IMG/VR virus record: IMGVR_UViG_3300045988_016398 | Coordinates: 1 to 38,798 of that record | Reading direction: 5' to 3' (one strand) | Length of the DNA: 38,798 nucleotides | From: a virus | Shown: one piece after another, positions 21,789 to 30,118 of the stretch | Position numbering within the stretch: position 1 is the stretch's first letter | Layout: each line of letters starts with the position of its first letter | Translations under genes and position numbers: made by a program | Notes under the pieces: generated by a model | Told to the model about the DNA's origin: nothing | Database searches by the model: none | Seen by the model: the letters and a program-made list of their open reading frames with translations, nothing else

Positions 21789-23365
21789 TGGAATTAAGAC
21801 CCTATCAGACAGAGGCAGTTAATGCCGTATGGTCAGAGTGGGAGAAAGGTAATAGACGTACCCTGTTGGTCCTTCCAACGGGGTGCGGTTAAGGCAAGAC
21901 TATATGTTTTGCCAAAATTGCTGAGGAAGCAGTCAGAAGAGGTAAGCGTGTATTAATCCTGGCACACCGTGAAGAACTACTTCAACAGGCTTCAGATAAA
22001 ATCATGCAAGCCTCTGGACTGACCACAGCTATGGAGAAGGCTGAGCAGTCATGCATAGGGAAATGGGACCGCATCATAGTCGGTTCTGTACAAACCCTAT
22101 GCCGTGACAGCCGGCTAGCTCTATTTAGCAAATCCTACTTTGACACGATCATTATAGATGAAGCACATCATGCTTTATCAAGTAGCTATCAAGCTATATT
22201 AAACTACTTTGACACAGCCGATATACTCGGCGTTACTGCTACACCAGATAGGTCAGATATGCAGAACTTAGGGAAGGTATTTGATAGCCTAGCTTATGAA
22301 TATACCCTACGTGATGCTATCAGTAGTGGCTACCTGGTGAAGATACAAGTACAAACATTACCACTACACATTGACTTTACCAATGTAAAGATTACCGCTG
22401 GTGACTTCCAAGCCGGTGATATTGGCAGAGTATTAGACCCATATTTAGAACAAATTGCAGATACATTACTTGACTATAAAGATAGAAAAATAGTGGTATT
22501 CTTACCACTTATTGAAACGAGCCAAAAGTTTTGCAAGATGCTGATTGAACGTGGATTTAATGCTGCGGAAGTTAATGGTAATAGTAAAGACCGTAACGAA
22601 ATCACAGAAGACTTCGCCAATGGCAAATACAACGTACTCTGTAACTCAATGCTACTCACTGAAGGGTGGGACTGCCCTAGTGTAGATTGCGTAATAGTAC
22701 TTAGACCGACTAAATCAAGAGCCTTATATATGCAAATGATTGGCCGTGGTACTAGGTTATGTGAAGGAAAAGACCACTTATTAGTGCTCGACTTCCTATG
22801 GCACTATGAAAAGCACTCACTCTGCAGACCGGCTCACTTAATCGCTAAGTCTGATGATGTAGCCATTAAGATGACTGAAATACTTGAAACCTCAAGCATG
22901 GGATTAGAGGAGGCAGAAGAAGAAGCTGAACGTGATGTACTAGCTGAGCGTGAAGCAGCACTTGCTAAAGAGCTTGCAGCAATGCGTAAGAAAAAAGCTA
23001 AATTAGTAGACCCATTACAGTTTGAATTCTCTATTCAAGCTGAGGATCTAACCCATTATGTACCTACATTCGGGTGGCAAGTATCAAGCATTACTGACAA
23101 GCAAAAGAAAACTATCGAGGACTTTGGACTTAATCCGGATGCTATCGAAGATGCCGGTAAAGCATCCATGCTCATTGATAGATTACACAAACGTAAAGCG
23201 GAGGGGTTATCCACTCCGAAACAAATTAGATTCTTAGAAAATAAAGGCTTTAAAAATGTTGGTACTTGGACTAATACCCAAGCCTCTAACATGATAAGCC
23301 GTATTAGTGCTAGTGGTTGGAGAATACCGAAAGGAGTTAAACCTGCAATGTACCAACCATCATAA
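21788..23365 (+). pseudogene. SF2 DEAH-box helicase interrupted by an in-frame TAA (21890-21892) inside Walker A
   Basis: ATG 21788 overlaps the upstream stop (TAATG). The translation reads MELRPYQTEAVNAVW...LLVLPTGCG*GKTICFAKIA... in a single frame. Downstream motifs are intact: IIIDEAHH, VTATPDR and QMIGRGTR. Confidence 0.8.
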
Positions 23366-23375
23366 AGGAGTGCAA

Positions 23376-25487
23376 ATGGAAGAAAGAAAGTTAGATTTAA
23401 GAGAAGTATTGGAGTTTATTGACCCAGTCGATTGCTCCTACGAAGAATGGCTAAACGTAGGCCTTGCACTTCACCATGAAGGGTATCCAATGTTTGTATG
23501 GGAAGAGTGGTCATCTAATGACGGTGAACGGTTCCATCCTGGTGAATGTGAAGCTAAGTGGAATTCATTCGGTGCTTACACTGGTAAACAAATCACAGGA
23601 GCTACTATCACTCAGATGGCTAAAGAGAACGGGTGGACGTCTAGTCGTAGTAATCAATGGGATGCAACTGCTATTCCATTCGGGACTATGGTGATGGCTA
23701 ATCCGGATCCATACAAGATTATTGATAATACCTGGGTGGAAGCCTCTGACATTGATATTCCAAAGCACTATCCTCAAGAACAACGTGTGGAGGACTTAAC
23801 AAAGTACCTCCAAGCATTGTTTGAGCCAGATGATTATGTTGGCTATGTAAATACAGTATATGTACATCAAGATAAGGACGGTACCGAGCTAAAATCTCCA
23901 ACTAAAGGTAGTTATGGACGTACACAAAATCAAATTTTAGACGCTCTGAGAGCTAATAAAAAGGTTGATGAAGCAATAGGCACACTCGATGAAGAAGCAG
24001 GAGCCTGGATACGATTTAATGCATTAGATGGTAAAGGTGTAAAGAATGATAACGTAGCATCTTTCAAATTCGCATTGATTGAGTCTGACAATATGGAACT
24101 CGGAAAGCAAAAGGCTATCCTAGAGCAATTAGAGTTACCAATCGCAGCTATGGTATATAGCGGTGGTAAAAGTATCCATGCTATCGTACATATCGATGCC
24201 AATGATTATTCTGAGTACCGTAACCGAGTAGACTTCCTATATCAAATCGTACAGAAGAATGGTTTTAAGGTTGATAAGCAAAACAAAAACCCTAGCCGGT
24301 TATCACGTATGCCTGGTGTAATGCGTGCCGGCAAACCTCAATTCTTAATCGCTACGAATATTGGTAAAGAGTCATTCAAGGAATGGGAAGAATGGATAGC
24401 TACTGTCAATGATGACTTACCTGAGCCTGAAGATTTAGAGGCACTTTGGGATAATATGCCAGAGTTAGCACCTAGCTTAATCGATGGTATCCTTCGTGAA
24501 GGTCATAAGATGCTCATTGCAGGTCCATCTAAAGCCGGTAAGTCATTCGCACTTATCCAATTATGTATCTCTATTGCAGAAGGTAGACCGTGGTTCGGGT
24601 TTGACTGCGCGCAGGGTAAAGTCCTATATGTAAATTTAGAACTTGATCGTGCGTCATGTTTACATCGATTTAAGGATGTATATGAAGCACTACACCTGGC
24701 ACCGAATAACCTAGACAAGATATCCATTTGGAACTTGCGTGGTAAGTCATTACCTATGGACCAATTAGCACCTAAGCTAATCCGTAGAGCGGAAAAGAAA
24801 GGGTACAAGGCTATTATTATTGACCCTATCTATAAGGTCATTACAGGTGACGAAAATAGTGCCGACCAAATGGCGAACTTCTGCAACCAATTTGACAAGG
24901 TATGTACTGAACTAAAATGTGCAGTCATCTATTGTCACCACCATTCTAAGGGCAATCAAACTGGTAAGCGGTCTATGGACCGTGCATCTGGTTCCGGTGT
25001 ATTCGCTCGTGACCCAGATGCCTTGATTGACTTACTAGAAATCGAAGCAGAGAACCTAGACGAAAACAAACTAGAAGGTGCTCCAGTGGATACTAGCCAA
25101 TGTACTGCCTGGAGAATGGAAGGTACGTTACGTGAATTCCCTCGCTTCAAACCTGTTGATCTATGGTTTGAATATCCAATTCATAAAGTCGATGATAGTG
25201 GCTTCTTATCGATGGCTATGTTCAAAGATGCTCAAGAAAAGGGCCTTAATAAAATGAATAAGGCAAAGCAGTCAGCTAAAGAGAAAAAGAAACAGCAATT
25301 AGTCGATGCCTTTAATATCGCTGCTGCTAAGAATGGTTTTAGTGGCCGAGCTGACATAAAAGAGGTCATGGAAATTATGCAAATATCTGAAACTACACTT
25401 AGAAGATATTTGAAAGAAATGCCAATCTTCAAAGTCGAATTGGGTGAGATTGTTTCGAATGAAAATGTTAACCTAGATAAATTTTAA
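23376..25487 (+). CDS. Bifunctional replication protein: PriCT-2-like N-terminus, AEP-type primase-polymerase core and AAA_25 (RepA/DnaB-like) helicase domain
   Basis: An AAAGGAG RBS precedes ATG 23376. Recognisable blocks are EEWLNVGLALHHEG...CEAKWNSF, then ALIESDN / SGGKSIHAIV / NPSRLSRMPG, then MLIAGPSKAGKSFALIQL...VLYVNLE. Confidence 0.75.
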   Translation: MEERKLDLREVLEFIDPVDCSYEEWLNVGLALHHEGYPMFVWEEWSSNDGERFHPGECEAKWNSFGAYTGKQITGATITQMAKENGWTSSRSNQWDATAIPFGTMVMANPDPYKIIDNTWVEASDIDIPKHYPQEQRVEDLTKYLQALFEPDDYVGYVNTVYVHQDKDGTELKSPTKGSYGRTQNQILDALRANKKVDEAIGTLDEEAGAWIRFNALDGKGVKNDNVASFKFALIESDNMELGKQKAILEQLELPIAAMVYSGGKSIHAIVHIDANDYSEYRNRVDFLYQIVQKNGFKVDKQNKNPSRLSRMPGVMRAGKPQFLIATNIGKESFKEWEEWIATVNDDLPEPEDLEALWDNMPELAPSLIDGILREGHKMLIAGPSKAGKSFALIQLCISIAEGRPWFGFDCAQGKVLYVNLELDRASCLHRFKDVYEALHLAPNNLDKISIWNLRGKSLPMDQLAPKLIRRAEKKGYKAIIIDPIYKVITGDENSADQMANFCNQFDKVCTELKCAVIYCHHHSKGNQTGKRSMDRASGSGVFARDPDALIDLLEIEAENLDENKLEGAPVDTSQCTAWRMEGTLREFPRFKPVDLWFEYPIHKVDDSGFLSMAMFKDAQEKGLNKMNKAKQSAKEKKKQQLVDAFNIAAAKNGFSGRADIKEVMEIMQISETTLRRYLKEMPIFKVELGEIVSNENVNLDKF

Positions 25488-25508
25488 ATGGGTTAACAAT
25501 AGCTCCAC

Positions 25509-25605
25509 CACACCTTATATATATATATAGGTGTGAATGAAATTTTGAATCTGATTGATAGTTGGAGTACATATGGTGGGGGTCGTAGACTCCCCCACCC
25601 ATATG
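25509..25605. promoter_or_regulatory. Ori-like / terminator-like region with two strong hairpins and an (AT)n tract
   Basis: The first hairpin is CACACCT-(TA)6T-AGGTGTG at 25509-25535. The second is CATATGGTGGGGG...CCCCCACCCATATG at 25570-25605. TTTTGAAT-containing direct repeats flank them at about 25544, 25646 and 25670. Confidence 0.45.
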
Positions 25606-25675
25606 CCTCCTATAACTAATCAATTAAAAAGGTTTGGTTAGTAGTTTTTGAATGTGATGCTTGGAGTGATTTTGA

Positions 25676-26116
25676 ATGTTAGTCAAAGATGAAACTAAAT
25701 ATTGTTGGGTATTCGATGAACATGCAGGCGTACCACAAAATAGTATCAAAGATGCTATTCAAGATTTCATGGAAACGTATAGCGAAGCATACGAAACAGG
25801 TGATAGTGATCATAGTTATATGTGCGAATACTATATGCCATATGAAACAGTGGATATTGGACATCCTTACCATTATGTACCAAAGGTTGATGCAGAAAGA
25901 GTAATTTGGGATGTATCAGATATCAACATGGATGATGAAATTGCTGAATGGTCAGACAATTATATGACGCATGTTAAACATGAACATGTTGAAGAACTAA
26001 GTGAAGAATTAACGAAAGTATTTCAAGCCTGGGAAAAGCGTCATCGTTATGAAAATACAGCATGGGTAGTCTTTGAAAGTAAAACCTATCTTATTAAAGA
26101 TTACATAAAGGAGTGA
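25676..26116 (+). CDS. Hypothetical acidic early protein
   Basis: A 146-aa ORF with a GGAGTG RBS. No motif was recognised. Confidence 0.6.
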   Translation: MLVKDETKYCWVFDEHAGVPQNSIKDAIQDFMETYSEAYETGDSDHSYMCEYYMPYETVDIGHPYHYVPKVDAERVIWDVSDINMDDEIAEWSDNYMTHVKHEHVEELSEELTKVFQAWEKRHRYENTAWVVFESKTYLIKDYIKE

Positions 26117-26337
26117 TTAGTTTGAAAACTCCATGTAAGAATTGTGAGCTGCGTACAGTTGGCTGTCATGGTACATGTGTTAGCTACATAATGTACAAAG
26201 CTAGAATGGATAGACAACTTAAAGAACGTAACTTGCGATGTGATGTAGGCGCTTATATTGGTAACAACATCAAGCGTATTAGACATAGATTAAGGAAGTG
26301 TAATAAATATGGTTTGGGATCCAATTATATCGAGTGA
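26113..26337 (+). CDS. Small Cys-rich basic protein (start GTG 26113 or TTG 26122)
   Basis: The cysteine pattern is C-x2-C-x6-C-x3-C (PCKNCELRTVGCHGTC). An AAGGAG RBS is positioned better for TTG 26122. Confidence 0.5.
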   Translation: MISLKTPCKNCELRTVGCHGTCVSYIMYKARMDRQLKERNLRCDVGAYIGNNIKRIRHRLRKCNKYGLGSNYIE

Positions 26338-26689
26338 CTGGCACCATGAATTATGGGTACGGTTACGGGTAACTATGAAAGATGGAAGTAAGTATACTGG
26401 ATGGAGCTTTATTCCTGGTAATAATGACTGGGCGTATGAACGTGGTGAGAAGAAGCCATTTAAAAGTATCCTGCCATTGGTTAATAATCATATAGCACAT
26501 AGTGAGGTAATCCGATTGTATGATGGATACTTTGAGGAATTGCCTGTAGTTGAAGTATCCGCTAGCCAAATTAGAACGTTTACCATTACTGCTCGTATAT
26601 TTGGCATTCCTGTTGAAGAGGATGAAACTTATGCTGACGCTTGGTATAAAAGTGAACTAGCTATGAGAGGTGCTAAGAATGGTAATTGA
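26309..26689 (+). CDS. Hypothetical protein
   Basis: A 126-aa ORF co-oriented in the early operon. No motif was recognised. Confidence 0.55.
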   Translation: MVWDPIISSDWHHELWVRLRVTMKDGSKYTGWSFIPGNNDWAYERGEKKPFKSILPLVNNHIAHSEVIRLYDGYFEELPVVEVSASQIRTFTITARIFGIPVEEDETYADAWYKSELAMRGAKNGN

Positions 26690-27086
26690 ATTCTTTATCC
26701 CTCTTCGTAAAGTGCCCACTGGTACCCATCAACAAAAGAGGGTAACTGTTAAGAATGGTACGCCAAGGTTTTATGAGTCCGCAGACGTGAAAGCTATTAG
26801 AAAGTTATTCACTGAAGAATTGGCGCCACATACTCCTATGGATCCAATACAAGGACCTATTAGATTGGTTACCAAGTGGTGCTTTGGTAAGTCTAACTGT
26901 AAAAAGGCTCAATGGAAAACCACCAAGCCTGATACAGATAACCTTATTAAATTGTTTAAAGATTGTATGACTTCACTCAACTATTGGAATGATGACGCCC
27001 AGGTGTGTAGTGAAGTTACTGAAAAGTACTGGAACCCAGTCACAGGGATATGGGTTCATATTGAAACATTAGACGAACTACAGTGA
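26679..27086 (+). CDS. rusA: RusA-family Holliday junction resolvase
   Basis: The sequence KPDTDNLIKLFKDCMTSLNYWNDDAQV is a typical RusA acidic catalytic block. ATG 26679 has a GAGAGG RBS. The track start is GTG 26670. Confidence 0.7.
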   Translation: MVIEFFIPLRKVPTGTHQQKRVTVKNGTPRFYESADVKAIRKLFTEELAPHTPMDPIQGPIRLVTKWCFGKSNCKKAQWKTTKPDTDNLIKLFKDCMTSLNYWNDDAQVCSEVTEKYWNPVTGIWVHIETLDELQ

Positions 27087-27098
27087 AAGGTTGAGGCT

Positions 27099-27431
27099 AT
27101 GAGAAAGAAGCTTGTATATGTTGCTCATCCTTATGGTGGTAAGGAAAGCAATCGTAAAAAGATTGATGTAATCATGGGCGATTTAGTACTACATGATTTA
27201 GAGCATGACTATGTATCGCCTATCCATAATTATGGCTATGTATATCTGACTGGTGATGACTATCAAAAAGGATTAGATATCTGCTTAGGATTACTTAGCC
27301 ATTGTGACATTTTGGTATTATGTCCAGATTGGCAATCTAGTCGTGGATGTAAAGGTGAATATGAATTTGCTCAAAAACATGGCAAGGCTATCTTCCTATT
27401 AGAAGAATGGAAAGCCATGAACCATATTTAG
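27099..27431 (+). CDS. Nucleoside 2-deoxyribosyltransferase-like small protein (DUF4406-type)
   Basis: The pattern LVYVAHPYGG...CDILVLCPDWQSSRGCKGEYEFAQKHGKAIF resembles that family. This was not verified. Confidence 0.4.
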   Translation: MRKKLVYVAHPYGGKESNRKKIDVIMGDLVLHDLEHDYVSPIHNYGYVYLTGDDYQKGLDICLGLLSHCDILVLCPDWQSSRGCKGEYEFAQKHGKAIFLLEEWKAMNHI

Positions 27432-27446
27432 AAAGGAGACTGTAAG

Positions 27447-28103
27447 ATGCCACTTGCAAGAAAGTGTATCCGGTGTGGACGTACATTCCTAGCCAAGAAA
27501 GATGAACAGTACTGTGCACAATGTGCTAAAGCAGAACTGATGGCTATCATTAATAAGGATACAGCACATACACCTGCTAAAGATGAAACACCTAAAGAGG
27601 AAGTGAAGGAGAAAGTTATGACTAAGTGTAAGAACTGTGGCAAGATGTTCGAGCAGACAGGTAAAGGTAGACCTGCAGTGAATTGTCCTACATGTAGAGA
27701 CTTATTAAATAAGCCAAAGAATAAGGTACCACCTAAAGATAATAAATCTAGAAAGGTTGATGAAAGCGCTCCAGTTATTTCCAAAATGGAAACTACTGAG
27801 TCTTATATTAATTCTGAAAGTGTTAAAGGCTTATATGATTGTGTTAACGCTGATGACGTTAAAGTCTCATGTGTTACTGCTGATAAAAAGCATAACCCAA
27901 TCTTTAATGTGATTGACCATCCTTCACATTATAATCGTGGCAAGATTGAAGTTATCGATTTCATAGAGGACCAAGGCTTATCGTTCCACCTAGGGAATGT
28001 TATTAAGTATGTCGCACGTGCAGGGTCTAAAGGCGATAAGCTAGAGGACCTTAAAAAAGCACGGTGGTATTTGGATAGGTACATTAATGAGGTGATGAAA
28101 TGA
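27447..28103 (+). CDS. Zinc-ribbon protein with a C-terminal DUF3310-like domain
   Basis: There are two CxxC...CxxC pairs: CIRC-x12-CAQC and CKNC-x15-CPTC. The C-terminus reads HPSHYNRGKIEVIDFIEDQGLSFHLGNVIKYVARAG...ARWYLDRYI. Confidence 0.6.
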   Translation: MPLARKCIRCGRTFLAKKDEQYCAQCAKAELMAIINKDTAHTPAKDETPKEEVKEKVMTKCKNCGKMFEQTGKGRPAVNCPTCRDLLNKPKNKVPPKDNKSRKVDESAPVISKMETTESYINSESVKGLYDCVNADDVKVSCVTADKKHNPIFNVIDHPSHYNRGKIEVIDFIEDQGLSFHLGNVIKYVARAGSKGDKLEDLKKARWYLDRYINEVMK

Positions 28104-28516
28104 AACCACTATTTGGCGGATACGTCACATTAGATCGTCATGAATATATTATGGCGTGTGATACCTGGGATGAAGCATTAAAAGAGCTACATTGGATAGC
28201 TCAACAATGTAAACCATGTGAAGGTATGGTAATCGTCATTGGTCGTGCAGTACCATATCCTGGCTATATTAATGTAGATGAAGTGATTAAGAATGATATC
28301 GCTAGATGCACTAAGGAAGTAGACCAGGGCGAAGAGGTGTATTACCTACATAGCAATACGGTGACACCTAGCCAAAAGGCTGAACTACAAGACTACTTGA
28401 CTGATGTCTACCGTGCGTGGATTAATCGGTATAACCTAAACGATGCTGCGTATCAGTTAACTAATACTACGATGTATCGATATAGCGAAATCTTACAAGA
28501 ATGGCAAGAAGTATAG
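28100..28516 (+). CDS. Hypothetical protein
   Basis: A 138-aa ORF with an ATGA overlap with the upstream gene. Confidence 0.55.
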   Translation: MKPLFGGYVTLDRHEYIMACDTWDEALKELHWIAQQCKPCEGMVIVIGRAVPYPGYINVDEVIKNDIARCTKEVDQGEEVYYLHSNTVTPSQKAELQDYLTDVYRAWINRYNLNDAAYQLTNTTMYRYSEILQEWQEV

Positions 28517-28526
28517 GAGGACTATT

Positions 28527-28793
28527 ATGGAAGATAAAACAGCGCGCATTATTGTTGAGTCTAACAATGATGCAGAAACATGTAATATCACTATTGAAAA
28601 TGCAAACCCCACTACGGCAATCTATATGGCTACTAAGTTGGTGACTGCCGTTGCTAAACAGTTCTCTAAAGATGATGAGCATATCCCCTTATTAGTTAAT
28701 GCTATGATGCTTGCCGTTCATGATCAATGTAAGAGTGCGACTATTAAGTTTGATTCTGAGGAAGTATTGGCTCATCATCATAATTTATCTTAG
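28527..28793 (+). CDS. Hypothetical protein
   Basis: An 88-aa ORF with a TAGGAGG RBS. Confidence 0.55.
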   Translation: MEDKTARIIVESNNDAETCNITIENANPTTAIYMATKLVTAVAKQFSKDDEHIPLLVNAMMLAVHDQCKSATIKFDSEEVLAHHHNLS

Positions 28794-29210
28794 GTGATAC
28801 CTGTGAATACTAAGTCATGTACTGGGAGTAAGCATCCTGGGGTTAGGAAGCTACAACGGTTACTGAATAGTCGTAGGCGCATGAAAGACATTGAGTCACA
28901 TCTACAACGCCTGGAGGTGGAAGCACAAGACGAACGGTCGAATACACCAGAGCAACAGCTTAATCTGAATACCGCACAGCGTGACCTTAATAATGAATTC
29001 CGTACACTGTCTAAGGAACGATATGAGCTATGGACATTGATATGTAAGATACCTAATGACATTGAGCGTACATTCCTCGAGAACAGATACTACTTCGGAA
29101 TGAGCATGAAAGAGGTCATCGAGGATATGTGTTACAGTGAAGCACAGATATATAATATCCAACGGAACGCAGTGAAAAGCTTTTGTCAAGTATTTTCTAA
29201 AAATAAATAA
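28794..29210 (+). CDS. ArpU/RinA-like late gene transcriptional regulator (sigma region-4-like C-terminus), GTG start
   Basis: It is the last gene before the terminase genes. The sequence IERTFLENRYYFGMSMKEVIEDMCYSEAQIYNIQRNAVKSFCQVF resembles ArpU-family regulators. Confidence 0.5.
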   Translation: MIPVNTKSCTGSKHPGVRKLQRLLNSRRRMKDIESHLQRLEVEAQDERSNTPEQQLNLNTAQRDLNNEFRTLSKERYELWTLICKIPNDIERTFLENRYYFGMSMKEVIEDMCYSEAQIYNIQRNAVKSFCQVFSKNK

Positions 29211-29238
29211 ATACAATATGCAATTAGAGGTGGCACTT

Positions 29239-29376
29239 ATGATAGGCTACAAGTGTGGAATGATATGGATTAAGTCATTAGTCCTATTGTTACCACGCAC
29301 TGTAGGGTACGTTCATAGTGAATACCTTTCTTGTACAAACCTCCATGGGCTATTACAGCACAAGAAGTATCATTAG
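29239..29376 (+). CDS. Possible 45-aa small hydrophobic/basic peptide (not in the ORF track)
   Basis: An AGAGGTGG RBS lies 6 nt before the ATG. The peptide is MIGYKCGMIWIKSLVLLLPRTVGYVHSEYLSCTNLHGLLQHKKYH. Its TAG stop sits at the foot of the terminator hairpin. Confidence 0.25.
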   Translation: MIGYKCGMIWIKSLVLLLPRTVGYVHSEYLSCTNLHGLLQHKKYH

Positions 29377-29406
29377 GGACTACGCACAACCACGTAGTCC
29401 CTTTTG
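29375..29406 (+). terminator. Rho-independent terminator between the early operon and the packaging genes
   Basis: A perfect 10-bp stem (AGGGACTACG / CGTAGTCCCT) with an 8-nt loop is followed by TTTG. Confidence 0.7.
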
Positions 29407-29581
29407 CTTACTTCTCCAAAGATTCGACCATTGACCTTTTGATTTTTATTTTGAGAATGAATGATAAAAGGTACTCCCTAGCGATAAAACCAGCGGTGGT
29501 CGGCTCCGCGCGATATTTGTCTCTGTGTAGGGGAATTTTAACGGTTGAAAGTCGATTGTCAAAGGACAGAAAGGAGAAGTC

Positions 29582-30118
29582 ATGGCGACGAGTGAAAAAC
29601 CACGTGTGAAATTTAATAACGCAGGCGATTTGCTAGTATCTAGCGCGCAATTGTGTGACCTTCTTCGAGTAACTCCTGAGATTATTTCGAGACACCACAA
29701 ATCGGGTATGCCTAAAGCTGCAATGGGTTGGTGGAACCTCCGTGAAGTTCTTGTATATCTTGGCCAAGCCAAAGGGGATAAATCTAAAGACCAATCAGCG
29801 GCCACACGAAAGCTAATTGCTGAAGCTGACTATAAAGAGTCTCGAGCTGCTCGTGAGAAGAAATTACTCGACGTGTTAAACGGTGAGTACGTATCCCGTG
29901 CAGACGTAGCGAAAGAATGGTCTGCTCGTATCTTAGAGTTAAAGTCCTCACTCATAAAACTTGGTAAACGAGTAGGGAGTGAGTTCACTGATCCAGAAGA
30001 ACGAGCGACGGTGGAAAGGGTGGTGAGCGAAGTTGCCGAAGACTACCTCGAAAGTTACTCGCGCAAAGGCGAGTACACGCCGGAAGTCAAAACCGGTAAA
30101 AGCAGAGCCAAGAGTTAA
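29582..30118 (+). CDS. terS: Terminase small subunit (Nu1-like winged HTH)
   Basis: A GAAAGGAGAAG RBS precedes the start. The N-terminal HTH is LLVSSAQLCDLLRVTPEIISRHHKSGMP. The gene lies directly upstream of, and overlaps, the GpA-type large subunit. Confidence 0.7.
   Translation: MATSEKPRVKFNNAGDLLVSSAQLCDLLRVTPEIISRHHKSGMPKAAMGWWNLREVLVYLGQAKGDKSKDQSAATRKLIAEADYKESRAAREKKLLDVLNGEYVSRADVAKEWSARILELKSSLIKLGKRVGSEFTDPEERATVERVVSEVAEDYLESYSRKGEYTPEVKTGKSRAKS

Noticed and set aside
21890-21892. TAA in the helicase as evidence of stop-codon reassignment
   Set aside because: TAA terminates many well-defined genes in this window, for example the amidase, the Cro-like gene, the adhesin gene, the capsid fusion and the T-frame ORF. 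A genome-wide recoding of TAA is therefore not supported.
25516-25528. (TA)n microsatellite and nearby repeats as a possible CRISPR or minisatellite array
   Set aside because: It is a single short dinucleotide run forming the core of a palindrome. There is no repeat-spacer periodicity anywhere in the window.
27428-27784. 118-aa minus-strand ORF opposite the zinc-ribbon/DUF3310 gene
   Set aside because: The plus-strand ORF has an RBS, CxxC pairs and a recognisable C-terminal domain. The antisense ORF has none of these.
29331-29805. ORFs 29331..29609 (+, 92 aa) and 29446..29805 (-, 119 aa) in the region upstream of and overlapping terS
   Set aside because: Neither has an RBS. They run through the terminator hairpin, the promoter-like region and the GC island, and they overlap the well-supported terS start. 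The region is better explained as a regulatory and cos region.
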